Assembly (NCBI GenBank): GCA_964513285.1
Contig: CAZEML010000001.1
Location: forward strand, 6,702 to 66,762
DNA: 60,061 bases
Reading direction: 5' to 3'
DNA from: an uncultured Candidatus Nemicrothrix sp.
Lineage (GTDB): Bacteria; Actinomycetota; Acidimicrobiia; Acidimicrobiales; Aldehydirespiratoraceae
Part shown: positions 27,861 through 38,300 of the stretch, in pieces
How the letters are laid out: the number at the start of each line of letters is the position of its first letter
Position numbering within the stretch: position 1 is the first letter of the stretch
The notes under the pieces: generated by a model
What the model was told of the DNA's origin: nothing
What the model saw: only the letters and a program-made list of their open reading frames with translations
The model's database searches: none
Made by a program: the position numbers and the translations under genes

Positions 27861-29171
27861 ATGGCCCTGTTCAAGAAAGCCGTTGCGGCGGCCAGTGGAA
27901 AGATGTCGCCGCCTGGTGCCATCGGTGGAGCCGGCCGATCTGGCGGTGCCGTTGGCGTTGACCATCACTTCGCGTTCGTGGACGTCGAGACGAATGGGTT
28001 GAAGCCGGGCAAAGACCGGATTCTCGAGATCGCGATCCTGATCACTGACGGCCTCGGTCGCGAACTCGGCCAATGGTCCACCCTTGTGAACCCGGGCGAT
28101 GGGAATGCCGGCCGGACCGATATCCACCTCATTGAGGCCGACTGGCTGGTCGCTGCGCCCACGTTCGCCGACGTCGCGGGCGACGTTGCCGCATGGCTCA
28201 CCGGGCGCGTTCTCGTCTGCCACAACTCCGACTTCGACAGCGGTTTCATCGATGCAGAGTTTGAGCGCGCCGGGCACCCGATCGCTCACCTGGCGATGCC
28301 CGTGGTCGACACCATGAGCCTCGCGAACACGGTCGGCCTTCCCCGAGCGCTCAAGAAGGCTTGCGCAGAGCTGGGCTATCGGTACGACTCACACAACGCG
28401 CTCGACGATGCCCGTGCGTGCGCAGAGCTCTTCCACCGGCTGTTGCCGCTCGTCGACAAGGCGACATTCAAAGGGGTGACTGCGGTGCCGGTCACCGTGT
28501 CTACGCCTCCGAGCGGCAAGACGGTAGCTCGCGGCGAAGCTTCCGTTGCCGTTCGGCCCCGATCTGTGCTCTCGGACTTCACCACGAACCTCTGGGCCCA
28601 CAACCCTTACGCCAATCATGACCAAGCTGGCCTGACCCGCTACCGCGAGACTGTTCTCGCGGCTCTCGAGGACGGGTACATCGACCGCACCGAGCAACAC
28701 GCCATGGCGACCATTGCCCATGAACTACAACTCTCCGTTGAAGACGTCGAGCAACTCCACCATGAGGTGATTCTCGAACTCCTCGATGCTGCCCTAGAAG
28801 ATCGGCGGATCTCGAAAACGGAGCGCAACGAGATCGAGACCGCTGCCGTGTGGCTCGGCGTCGATCTCTCCAACTGGGACGATCTCGTCAAGGCGGGCCG
28901 AGCGCGGGTCAAGCACGCACGACAGGAATTCGCAGCATCGATCGCTGGCCGGACCGTGCACTTCACTGGGAAGGGCGTCCACCCCGCCAACATTCGTGAG
29001 GCGCTCGCCTCAAAGAACGGGCTCAACGTGGCGAAATCGCTCACGAAGTCCGTTGACCTGCTCGTGGTCGGCCGTGAGGACCTCGAAAGCACGACCGTCA
29101 CCAAGGCCCGGGAGGCAGGTGTGGAGATCCTGGCCGAGGCCACGCTGTGGGCCCGGCTCGGAGAGTCATAG
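27861..29171 (+). CDS. DEDDh 3'-5' exonuclease (DnaQ/epsilon-like) with helical middle region and C-terminal BRCT domain
   Basis: Exo I FVDVETNGL, Exo II VCHNSDFDSGF, Exo III YDSHNALDDARACAELF. Middle repeats of the type YIDRTEQHAMATIAHEL / RISKTERNEIETAAVWL are TerB/DjlA-N-like. The C-terminus GRTVHFTGKGVH...LLVVGRED...KAREAGVEILAEATLW is BRCT-like. Local GC was ~63% in two 100-nt samples I counted, against ~70% in katG. Confidence 0.75.
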   Translation: MALFKKAVAAASGKMSPPGAIGGAGRSGGAVGVDHHFAFVDVETNGLKPGKDRILEIAILITDGLGRELGQWSTLVNPGDGNAGRTDIHLIEADWLVAAPTFADVAGDVAAWLTGRVLVCHNSDFDSGFIDAEFERAGHPIAHLAMPVVDTMSLANTVGLPRALKKACAELGYRYDSHNALDDARACAELFHRLLPLVDKATFKGVTAVPVTVSTPPSGKTVARGEASVAVRPRSVLSDFTTNLWAHNPYANHDQAGLTRYRETVLAALEDGYIDRTEQHAMATIAHELQLSVEDVEQLHHEVILELLDAALEDRRISKTERNEIETAAVWLGVDLSNWDDLVKAGRARVKHARQEFAASIAGRTVHFTGKGVHPANIREALASKNGLNVAKSLTKSVDLLVVGREDLESTTVTKAREAGVEILAEATLWARLGES

Positions 29172-29249
29172 ATCAGGTCGGGCCGCCAGTTCGGCCCGAC
29201 CACGTCCTCGCTTTTGGGCGGGCGAGCCGGCGTGCGCGACCCTGGATCC

Positions 29250-30011
29250 ATGGCTGAAGCACCGCAGGCTCGGCGCGGCGAGATCGCCGGCTGGCCCAAA
29301 CTCGTGATCACGTACCCGACCGAGAGCGGACGGATCGCTGAACTCCTACCGCCCGGCCTCGAACCGACCGGCGATGACACGGTCCAGATCGGGATCTATT
29401 GCGTGCCGATCAACAACGAGCCCGAGTACGGCGTGTCGATCAAGGTGCCGGCCAGCTGGCAGGGCGTCGAGGGGCAGTACAACCTCGGCATGGGCATCGA
29501 TCAGGAAGCGGCGGTGCACATCAGCGCCGAACGCAACGGCCAGCCCAAGTTCTTGTGCGACATCGACTACTTCCGTCTCGGCACCCTCGTCGGCGCCCGG
29601 GCGACCCATCAGGGCTACACGTTCGTCGAGTTCGAGGGTCACATCACCGGCGAAGGTGACCCGGCCGCGGAGTACACCGAGCACGAGTGGTGGACGAAGT
29701 ACGCCCGCGAGATCGGCGGCGGCGAGGGCTTCGACTTCGGCCCGGTGGTCGTCGACGTCGCCACGACGATGGAGCCGATCCACGTCGAGACGATCGACGG
29801 CGAACTCACGTTGAAGGACTCACCGTGGGATCCGGTCGCCCACTACCTCCCGATGACCGGCGACGCCACGGCGGTGCTCGTGACCCACCAGATGAAGGCC
29901 CGTCAGATCACCAACGCGGGCCCCCTCGATGCGGATAGCTTCTGGCCTTATGCCGACGTGATCGGTGGAAGTCGGTGGCCCGGCACCAACGGCGGGCCGA
30001 AGCAGCGCTGA
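29250..30011 (+). CDS. Acetoacetate decarboxylase (ADC)-family protein
   Basis: ~253 aa starting at MAEAPQARRGEIAGWPK. The pattern PKLVITYPTESGRIAELLPPGLEP...IGIYCV...EYGVSIKV resembles the ADC beta-cone family. Recognised from memory only. Confidence 0.5.
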   Translation: MAEAPQARRGEIAGWPKLVITYPTESGRIAELLPPGLEPTGDDTVQIGIYCVPINNEPEYGVSIKVPASWQGVEGQYNLGMGIDQEAAVHISAERNGQPKFLCDIDYFRLGTLVGARATHQGYTFVEFEGHITGEGDPAAEYTEHEWWTKYAREIGGGEGFDFGPVVVDVATTMEPIHVETIDGELTLKDSPWDPVAHYLPMTGDATAVLVTHQMKARQITNAGPLDADSFWPYADVIGGSRWPGTNGGPKQR

Positions 30012-30051
30012 CCGTCCTTCGGTCAGCTCCGAGACGGGGAGTCTGACCCAC

Positions 30052-31650
30052 GTGAGCACGCTCGACTGGTGGCGCACCGGCGCCATCTACCAGGTGTACA
30101 TCCGTTCCTTCGCCGATGCCGATGGCGACGGCACCGGCGACGTCGATGGTCTGCGCTCCAAGCTGCCGTACCTGGCCGACCTTGGCATCGACGCGATCTG
30201 GATCAACCCCTGGTACCCGTCGCCCCTGCTCGACGGCGGCTACGACGTCGCCGACTACCGCAACATCAACCCGGCCTACGGCACGCTCGAGTCCGCCGAA
30301 GCGATGATCGCCGAAGCGCACGCGTTGGGGATCCGGATCCTCGTCGACCTCGTCCCCAACCACTGCTCATGGGACCACGAGTGGTTCAAGGCCGCGCTGG
30401 CGGCCGGACCCGGCTCGCCCGAACGGGCCCGCTTCCACTTCAAGGACAGCCCCGACGGTCCCCCCAACAACTGGCAGTCGGTGTTCGGCGGTTCGGCATG
30501 GACTCAGGTCGACGACGGCCAGTGGTACCTCCACCTCTTCGATCCGAGCCAGCCCGACCTCGACTGGACCCACCCCGAAGTGCGGGCCGAGTTCGTCTCG
30601 ATCCTCCGCTTCTGGCTCGACCGGGGCGCCGACGGCTTCCGCGTCGACGTGGCCCACGGTCTCGCCAAGGACATGACGTTCCCCGATCTCGACGATCACG
30701 TCCAGATCCTCAGCAGCGCCAAGCAGGCCAACCATCCTCACTGGGACCGCGACGAGGTCCACGAGATCATCCGCGAATGGCGTGCGGTGCTCGACGAGTA
30801 CGACGAGCGGATGATGGTCGCCGAAGCGTGGGTCTCTGAGGAATCCCTTCCGAAGTATCTCCGCCCCGACGAGTACCACCAGTCGTTCAGCTTCGACCTG
30901 CTGATGGCGGGCTGGGACGCCGACGAGTACCGCACGACGATCAGCGGCGTGTACGAGCCGGCCGCCGAACTCGGAGCGGCCAGCACCTGGGTGCTCTCGA
31001 ACCACGACGTCATGCGCCACACCACCCGGTTCGGGCTGCCGGCCGATGCGTCGTGGCGGACCTGGCCGGTCACCGGTCCGGCCGACGCGCTCGACACCGA
31101 ACTCGGTGAGCGGCGGGCCCGCGCCGCAGCCCTCATCACCCTCGGCCTGCCGGGCTCGTCCTACATCTACCAGGGCGAAGAGCTCGGCCTGCCCGAGGTC
31201 TGGGAGCTTCCCTGGGAGGTGCTCGACGATCCGGTCGCCCGGCGAAGCGAAGGCACGCAGAAGGGTCGCGACGGTTGTCGCGTGCCCATCCCCTGGACCG
31301 CCGAGGGTTCCTCGTACGGGTTCGGCAGCAACGGTTCCTGGATGCCGCAGCCCGAGCGGTTCGCCACCTATGCGGCCGATCAGCAGATCGACGTGGCGGG
31401 GTCGTTCCACTCGCTCTACCGCGACGCCCTGCGGCTCCGAAAGGAGCACTTCGTCGCCGACGCCGCGATGACCTGGGTCGACGCGGGCGACGGGGTCCTC
31501 GCCTACGAGCGCGGGAGCGGCGTGCGGTGCATGGCCAACATGGGCGCCTCGCCGGTGGCGATGCCCGAGGGCCAGATCCTGCTGACCTCCGAGCCCGGAC
31601 TCACCGACGAGTTGCCCACGGACACGGCGGTCTGGTTCATCCCGGCCTGA
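30052..31650 (+). CDS. GH13 alpha-glucosidase / oligo-1,6-glucosidase-like
   Basis: GTG start VSTLDWWRTGAIYQVYIRSFADADGDGTGDVDGL. GH13 regions DLVPNH, GFRVDVAHG, MVAEAW and SNHDV are present. Confidence 0.85.
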   Translation: MSTLDWWRTGAIYQVYIRSFADADGDGTGDVDGLRSKLPYLADLGIDAIWINPWYPSPLLDGGYDVADYRNINPAYGTLESAEAMIAEAHALGIRILVDLVPNHCSWDHEWFKAALAAGPGSPERARFHFKDSPDGPPNNWQSVFGGSAWTQVDDGQWYLHLFDPSQPDLDWTHPEVRAEFVSILRFWLDRGADGFRVDVAHGLAKDMTFPDLDDHVQILSSAKQANHPHWDRDEVHEIIREWRAVLDEYDERMMVAEAWVSEESLPKYLRPDEYHQSFSFDLLMAGWDADEYRTTISGVYEPAAELGAASTWVLSNHDVMRHTTRFGLPADASWRTWPVTGPADALDTELGERRARAAALITLGLPGSSYIYQGEELGLPEVWELPWEVLDDPVARRSEGTQKGRDGCRVPIPWTAEGSSYGFGSNGSWMPQPERFATYAADQQIDVAGSFHSLYRDALRLRKEHFVADAAMTWVDAGDGVLAYERGSGVRCMANMGASPVAMPEGQILLTSEPGLTDELPTDTAVWFIPA

Positions 31651-31668
31651 CGCCGTAGCGTCGCCTCC

Positions 31669-32739
31669 ATGGCGACCTCGTTTCAGATCAACCGCACCTC
31701 GATCCGAGAGCATCAGTTCGTCGATCACGGCCATCGTGACCTCGCGCCTGGCGAGGTCCGGCTCGACGTCGACTTCGTGGCGTTGACGTCCAACAACGTC
31801 ACCTACGCCGTCGCGGGCGACATGCTCGACTACTGGGGCTTCTTCCCGGCCGACCTTCCGTGGGGACACGTCCCGGCGATGGGCTACGGGACGGTCGTCG
31901 AGTCCACGAGCGACGGGATCGCCGAAGGCAGCCGCCACTTCGGGTTCTTCCCGATGGCGGACCAACACATCGTCCTGGCGAAGGCGACCGAGGCCGGCTT
32001 CTTCGACGTCGGCGACCACCGGGCCAACCACGCGCCCGCCTACCGACAGTTCGCCGACACCGCCAAGGACCCGGCGCACGATCCCGACCGCGAAGCCCAC
32101 GTCGCGCTCCTGCGGGGCCTGTTCCTCACCGGCTGGCTCGCCGAGGACCTCCTGTTCGACAACGACAACTTCGGTGCCGAGGCCACGATCATCACCAGCG
32201 CGTCATCGAAGACGAGCATCGCCATGGGGTGGACGGTCAGCGAGCGCGGCGGGCACGCGATCGGGCTCACCTCCGAACGCAACCGGGCGTTCGTCGAGGC
32301 ACTCGGGTGCTACGCCGAGGTCGTCACCTACGACGAGATCGGGTCGATCGACGCCGACCGCCGGTCGGTCGTGGTCGACATGGCCGGCAACGGCCAGGTG
32401 CTCGCCGACGTCCACAACCATTTCGGCGGAACCCTCGCCCACTCGATGGCGATCGGCGGCAGCCACTGGGAGTCGTTCGGCGACCGACCGGAGATGGCCG
32501 GCCCCGCGCCCGAGTTCTTCTTCGCCCCAGCCCAGATCGAGAAGCGCAACAGCGACTGGGGTTCGGGCGAGCCGATGCGACGGGTGATGGAAGCGTTCGC
32601 GAAGTACGTGGCCTTCACCGACGAGTGGCTCACGATCGAGCACGACACCGGCGCCGACGCCTTGGCGGGCGCGTGGGATTCGCTGGTCGGTGGTCAGGTC
32701 GGGCCCGAGGTGGGCCTGACCCGTTCGCTCAACGGCTGA
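31669..32739 (+). CDS. DUF2855-like (MDR/alcohol dehydrogenase-like fold) protein
   Basis: The pattern FVALTSNNVTYAVAGDMLDYWGFFPA...GHVPAMGYGTVVES matches my recollection of DUF2855. No catalytic assignment. Confidence 0.45.
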   Translation: MATSFQINRTSIREHQFVDHGHRDLAPGEVRLDVDFVALTSNNVTYAVAGDMLDYWGFFPADLPWGHVPAMGYGTVVESTSDGIAEGSRHFGFFPMADQHIVLAKATEAGFFDVGDHRANHAPAYRQFADTAKDPAHDPDREAHVALLRGLFLTGWLAEDLLFDNDNFGAEATIITSASSKTSIAMGWTVSERGGHAIGLTSERNRAFVEALGCYAEVVTYDEIGSIDADRRSVVVDMAGNGQVLADVHNHFGGTLAHSMAIGGSHWESFGDRPEMAGPAPEFFFAPAQIEKRNSDWGSGEPMRRVMEAFAKYVAFTDEWLTIEHDTGADALAGAWDSLVGGQVGPEVGLTRSLNG

Positions 32740-33409
32740 CCGGCACGATCGGCGACGCGGAGAAGTCGGGCGGGGCGGCGCCGAGCGCCCGCAGCACCGC
32801 CGGCGGCACGGCGATGTCGGCGACGAAGAGCTCGCCGACCTGAGGTGCTGCTGCGAGACCGACCTTCGGGGCGGCCAGGGTGAGGGTCGCGTCGGCGCGC
32901 ACGACCGCGCCGGGCGCATCCCCCGACGTGACGTCGAGGCCCGAGGGAGTGTCGAGCGACAGGGCGGGCGCCTCGGTCGCGTTGATGGCATCGATCAACT
33001 CGAGGCTTCGACCGGTCGGGGCCCCTCGCAACGAGTAGCCGATCACCGCGTCGATCACCAGATCGACCTCGCCCCACATGTCGGCGACGCCCACGGCCAT
33101 CGCCTCGAGGATCCGCCGCTGATGGGCGGGCACGCCGCGGAGCTCTTCGGCCGGCCGGGTCGAGGCGACGACCACGTCGACCCCGCGGTTCGCGAGATGT
33201 CGCGCCGCGACCATGCCGCCCCCACCGTTGCCACCCGACCCGACGGCGACCGCCACCCGACTCGGTCCGAAGCGGTCGATCGCGAGTTGGGCGAGGTTGC
33301 GGCCGGCGTTCTCCATCATCTGGATCAGCTCGATGCCGAGGTCCTCGATCATCACGCGATCGACCTCGATCATCTGTGCCTCGGTGAGCCAACCCTCGCC
33401 CGAAGGCAT
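32729..33409 (-). CDS. NAD(P)H-hydrate epimerase (YjeF N-terminal domain)
   Basis: LIQMMENAGRNLA ... VAVAVGSGGNGGGGMVAARHLANRG ... VIDAVIGYSLRG are YjeF_N hallmarks. Confidence 0.75.
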   Translation of the reverse strand: MPSGEGWLTEAQMIEVDRVMIEDLGIELIQMMENAGRNLAQLAIDRFGPSRVAVAVGSGGNGGGGMVAARHLANRGVDVVVASTRPAEELRGVPAHQRRILEAMAVGVADMWGEVDLVIDAVIGYSLRGAPTGRSLELIDAINATEAPALSLDTPSGLDVTSGDAPGAVVRADATLTLAAPKVGLAAAPQVGELFVADIAVPPAVLRALGAAPPDFSASPIVPVSR

Positions 33410-33415
33410 CGGCGA

Positions 33416-34501
33416 TCAGCCCTTCAGCGTGCCGACGTTGTTGAGCTCGGCGAACGACTGCTCGAGGCGTTCGGAGAACGAGACCTCGCCGGCCCGCAGC
33501 CAGACCCGAGGGTCGTAGTGCTTCTTGTTGGGCGAGTCCGGACCGCTCGGGTTGCCGAGCTGGCCTTGGAGGTAGTCGTGGGTCTCGGCCTCGTAGCGGC
33601 GGATGCCATCCCAGAACGCCCACTGGAGGTCGGTGTCGATGTTCATCTTCACGACGCCGTAGCTGATCGCCTCCGCGATCTCCTCCGCACTCGAGCCCGA
33701 CCCGCCGTGGAACACGAAGTTGACCGGGTTCGGGTCGCTCGTGGCGAAGCGTTCGTGGATGTGGGCCTGGGCATCGCGCAGGATCGTCGGGGTGAGTTCG
33801 ACGTTGCCCGACTTGTAGACGCCGTGCACGTTGCCGAACGCCGCCGCGATGGTGAAGTCGGGCGACACCTCCATCAGCCGCTCGTAGGCGTAGGCCACCT
33901 CCTCGGGCTTGGAGTAGAGGTCGGCCGGGTTGGCGTCGGAGTTGTCGACGCCGTCCTCCTCGCCACCGGTGATGCCGAGCTCGATCTCCAATGTCATCCC
34001 CATCGGCGCCATACGGCGCAGGTACTCGACGCAGATGTCGAGGTTCTCCTCGATCGGTTCTTCGGACAGGTCGAGCATGTGGGAGCTGAAGAGCGGCTCG
34101 CCGGTCTGTTCGAAGTGGCGTTCGCTCTCGTCGAGCAGGCCGCTGATCCATCCGAGCTTGTTCTTCGGGCAGTGATCGGTGTGCAGCACGACCCGGGCTC
34201 CGTACGCCTCGGCCATCGTGCGGACGTGACGGGCGCCGGCCACCGAGCCGAGGATCGACGCCTGGTCACCGTCGACGGGGACCGCCTTGCCACCGACGAA
34301 GGCCGAGCCGCTCGTCGAGAACTGCACGATCACCGGGCTCTCGATCCGTCCTGCGGTCTCGAGGACCGCGTTGATCGAGTTGCTGCCGACACAGTTGACG
34401 GCGGGGAGGGCGAAGCCTTCGGCCTTGGCGAGCGCGAACAGCTCACCGACGGCGGAACCGGTGAGCACGCCGGGAGCGAAACTGGAGGGAGACGGGGTCA
34501 T
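33416..34501 (-). CDS. fba: Class II fructose-1,6-bisphosphate aldolase
   Basis: GFALPAVNCVGSNSINAVLETA, LHTDHCPK, FVFHGGSGS and the long (~360 aa) class IIa form. Confidence 0.9.
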   Translation of the reverse strand: MTPSPSSFAPGVLTGSAVGELFALAKAEGFALPAVNCVGSNSINAVLETAGRIESPVIVQFSTSGSAFVGGKAVPVDGDQASILGSVAGARHVRTMAEAYGARVVLHTDHCPKNKLGWISGLLDESERHFEQTGEPLFSSHMLDLSEEPIEENLDICVEYLRRMAPMGMTLEIELGITGGEEDGVDNSDANPADLYSKPEEVAYAYERLMEVSPDFTIAAAFGNVHGVYKSGNVELTPTILRDAQAHIHERFATSDPNPVNFVFHGGSGSSAEEIAEAISYGVVKMNIDTDLQWAFWDGIRRYEAETHDYLQGQLGNPSGPDSPNKKHYDPRVWLRAGEVSFSERLEQSFAELNNVGTLKG

Positions 34502-34556
34502 ACCCCGACCCTACGCCGGTCGTGAGCGACGCGAGAGCGCAACCTAAACTCCCCTC

Positions 34557-35129
34557 ATGGAGACTCCACCCGTCCTCGAAGCGTTCGTCACCGCATGTGA
34601 AGACGTGGTCGCGTCCGGCACCGACGTACCGCAGTCGATCGCCGGGCTTCTGCGTGAGCTGGTGAGCGACCACGCGGGGTTGGCGGCAGCGGTCCCGGCG
34701 TTCAGCGACGACGAGGTCGAAACGTCGGCGCAGGGCCATCGACTGGGCGGAGAGGCCGTGCTTCACCGAGCGTCGGATCTCACCGTCATGGTGCTCGACA
34801 CGTTGCCGGGGGTGATCCAACCGGCGCACGACCACGCGATGAACGCCTTCATCGGCGTGTTCGAGGGGTGCGAGGAGCAACGCTTCTGGACGCGCACGAG
34901 CGACGGGGTCGAGGCGACGACGGGGCGCATGCTCGAGGCGGGTGAGATCGTGGCGTTGGGTGAACGGGCGATCCATGCGATCAGCTCGCCCGAGGGTCAG
35001 GCGGCGAGGGCCGTACACGTCTATCTGGGCGACATCTATGACGTGGAGCGGTCGGTGTTCGAGCCCGAGACGATGGCTGAGCACCCGATGACGAGTGACC
35101 GCTACGACGAGTTCTGCCGCCCCGCCTAG
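34557..35129 (+). CDS. Cupin-superfamily protein (cysteine dioxygenase type I-like / COG5553-like)
   Basis: VIQPAHDHAMNAFIGVFEG ... AIHAISSPEG ... AVHVY pattern of a metal-binding double-stranded beta helix. Weak assignment. Confidence 0.4.
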   Translation: METPPVLEAFVTACEDVVASGTDVPQSIAGLLRELVSDHAGLAAAVPAFSDDEVETSAQGHRLGGEAVLHRASDLTVMVLDTLPGVIQPAHDHAMNAFIGVFEGCEEQRFWTRTSDGVEATTGRMLEAGEIVALGERAIHAISSPEGQAARAVHVYLGDIYDVERSVFEPETMAEHPMTSDRYDEFCRPA

Positions 35130-35164
35130 GGCGGACGGGGAATCTGCCGCCCGGCCTAGGGCGG
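35113..35164 (+). repeat. 22-nt direct repeat (21/22 identical) spanning the stop codon of the preceding gene
   Basis: TCTGCCGCCCCGCCTAGGGCGG (35113-35134) and TCTGCCGCCCGGCCTAGGGCGG (35143-35164). Each can fold as CCGCC...GGCGG. Confidence 0.8.
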
Positions 35165-35309
35165 CCCGTCCGAGGGACACCGAACCCGCCGCCCGGCCGA
35201 TGCGGCGGGACTCATGACGGAGCGGCGGCGACCGAGGCTGTAGGGCGAGTTCGACGGATCGCGCTCATCCTCCAGGCCAGGGACGGCGTGGACCCCCAAG
35301 GAATCCTGG

Positions 35310-38300
35310 GTGCCTCGCACGTCTCGTGTTCGCCAGCGTTCGTTCGCCTCATTCATCGTGGTGGCGATGACGGCGGCGTTGCTCGCCGGCCCGAGTCAGT
35401 TCGCCGTCGCGGCCGCGCCGTGGGATCAGCTGGGTGTCGATCTCGACGGCGACGCCAGCAACGACCGCGCCGGTACGTCGGTTGCGTTGTCGGCTGACGG
35501 CACCCGGATGGCGGTCGGCGCGACGCGCGGTGGCGTCTCCGGTGGCGGCACCGGCTACGTACGGGTCTTCGAATGGTCGGGAACCGGGTGGGTTCAGCTC
35601 GGTGCGGACCTCGAAGGCGAGGGGGCCGAAACCGGCTTCTCGGTCGCGCTGTCCGGGAACGGCAACCGGGTGGCGTTCGGTGCCCGTCTGAACAGCGGCA
35701 ACGGGACCTTCGCGGGTCACGCGCGGGTCTATGACTGGAACGGAACCGCCTGGACGCAGGTGGGTGCCGATGTCGACGGGCAGGCCCAGTTCGAACAGAT
35801 CGGGTATTCGATCGCACTCTCTGAAGACGGCCAGGATCTCGTCGTCGGCGGCGTGGGCGCCGCGTCGAACGCCGGCGTGGCGCGGGTCTACAACTGGAAC
35901 GGAACCGCCTGGACCCAGACCGGCGCCGACATCACCGGCGACGCCAGCGGCGACATCTCCGGCTCGTCGGTGGCGATGTCGGCGAACGGCAACCGGGTCG
36001 CCGTCGGTGCCCCTGGCAATGACGGCACCGGCGCGAACGCCGGCAACGTCCGGGTCTTCGACCTCTCCGGCTCGACGTGGGTGCAGGTCGGAAGCGACAT
36101 CGACGGCGAAGCCGAAGCCGACTTCTCCGGTCGATCGGTGTCGCTCTCCGCCGATGGTGCTCGCCTCGCGGTGGGCGCCCCGAAGAACGGCGGAGGCGGA
36201 ACCGAAGCGGGCCACGTCCGGGTCTACCAGTGGTCGGGCGCGGCATGGGTCCAGCTCGGTGCCGACCTCGACGGACAAGCCGGTGGCGATCAAGCAGGCG
36301 CTTCGGTCGCGTTGTCCGAAGACGGCACGCGGGTCGCGATCGGTGCGACCGGAGCCGGTGCGGGAACGGTGCGGGTCTTCCAGTGGTCAGGCTCTGCATG
36401 GGTGCAGGTGGGCGGGAACGTGGATGGTGAGGCCGAGGGTGATTTCTTCGGTTTCTCGCTCGACCTCTCCGCCGACGGCACGGCGTTCGCCGCCGGGGCG
36501 ACCAGCAATGCCGCGAACGGCGCCAGCTCGGGTCACGCCCGTGTGCACGGTGCCGTGACCGCGACGCCGGTCCCCGGCGCACCCACCAACGTGTTGGCCA
36601 TCGCCGCCGACGCCGAGGTCGCCGTGTCGTGGACGGCGCCATCCGAAGTGGGTGGCTCACCGATCACCGGCTACACCGCGACCGCATCCCCCGGTGGTAC
36701 AAGTTGCACGACGACCGGCGCGTTGAACTGCACCGTCGGCGGGCTCACCAACGGCACCGCCTATTCCTTCACCGTCACCGCCACGAACTCCGACGGCACC
36801 GGATCCCCGTCCGACGGCTCGGTGTGGGTCACACCCGCCGCTGCGCCCGACGCACCGAGCAGTGTGTTCGGCACTCCGGGCGACAGTGAGGCGACGGTCA
36901 CCTGGCTCGCGCCCGAGACCAATGGCGGCGCGGCGATCACCACCTACACCGTCACCGCATCACCGGGTGGCGCGACCTGCTCGACCAGCGGCTCGCTCAC
37001 GTGCATCGTGCCGACGCTGACCAACAGCACGCCGTACACGTTCACGGTGACGGCGACCAACAGTGTCGGAACCAGTCCGGCGTCGAACGCTTCGGATCCG
37101 GTGACACCGTTGCCCGTGCCCGGTGCACCCACGACGGTCAACGCCACGCCGGGAAGCGGGCAGGCGACCGTGAGCTGGGCCGCCCCCGCCGACGCGGGCG
37201 GGTCGGCGATCATCGCCTACACCGTCACCGCATCGCCGGGCGGGTCGCGGTGCTCCACCAGTGGAGCGACGAGCTGCACCGTCATCGACTTGACCAACGG
37301 CACCGCCCACACGTTCACCGTCACCGCGACGAATGCGATCGGCACCGGCCCGGCATCGGTCGCGTCGTCGCCCGTCACGCCCGTCGGCGTGCCCGACGCA
37401 CCGACCAACGTCACCGCCATCGCAGGTGACACGACCGCCGACGTGAGCTGGAACGTACCCGTGTCCGACGGCGGCAGCGACCTCACCGGCTACACCGCCA
37501 CCGCCGCACCAGGAGGCGCGTCGTGCACCACGACCGGGACGGTGAGTTGCACGATCAGCGGCCTCACCAACGACGTCATCCACACCGTCACCGTCACTGC
37601 GAGCAACGCACTCGGCACCGGCCCCGGATCGACGCCCTCGGATGCCTTCACGCCGACCGGCCCCGACGAGGATCCGGTCGATCCCGACCCGCCCGCCGAG
37701 CCGCCTGCGGTCGACCCCGACGGGATCTCGATCGACCCGGCCGACGACGAGGCGACCGTCTCATGGGAAGCGCCGGCCGACCCGGGCGGCGACATCGACG
37801 GCTACACCGTCACCGCGTCGCCTGGTGGCGCCGCCTGCACCACCAACGGGGAACTGACCTGCACCGTCACCGGGCTGGTGAACGGGACCACGTATGAGTT
37901 CACCGTGGTCGTCGTGGTCGACGGCCAGCAGAGCGCGCCGTCCACCGCGACCGGCCCCCTCCCGCCCGCCGAAGATCCGCCGGCCGACGACCCGCCCGCG
38001 GAGGATCCACCTGCCGAAGACGGGGGTGGCACCGCGGCGGTGGGAGACGACGGCGGCGCGACCCAAGGCGACGCCGTCAGCCCGATCGGGCCCTGCCCCA
38101 CGCCGTTGCTGCCCTTCACCGACGTCGGCAACGTCATCTCGACGGCCGACGTCGCCTGTATCTACGGGCTCGGCATCACCGCCGGCACCTCGCCCACCAC
38201 CTACTCCCCCGACAACCCGGTCGACCGCGACCAGATGGCGTCATTCCTCGCCCGCCTCTGGCGAGCCGCCGACCTCGACTGTCCTGCGGTGACCGCCTCG

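Noticed and set aside
30367-32100. ORF 30367-32100 (-, 577 aa); also 45192-46910 (+, 572 aa), 47876-49780 (+, 634 aa), 8391-9593 (+, 400 aa), 32694-34151 (-, 485 aa) and 33122-34525 (+, 467 aa)
   Set aside because: All are antisense or off-frame relative to genes with strong family signatures (GH13 glucosidase, D-aminoacylase, the 657-aa coupled gene, glnS, fba/epimerase). They are high-GC frame artefacts.
35130-35309. Possible c-di-GMP riboswitch (GEMM) in the 180-nt leader of the surface-protein gene, considered because of the nearby HD-GYP array
   Set aside because: I could not find the conserved GEMM-I features (the ACGCAAAGC-type tetraloop-receptor segments and paired P1/P2 stems). Only GC-rich direct repeats are present.
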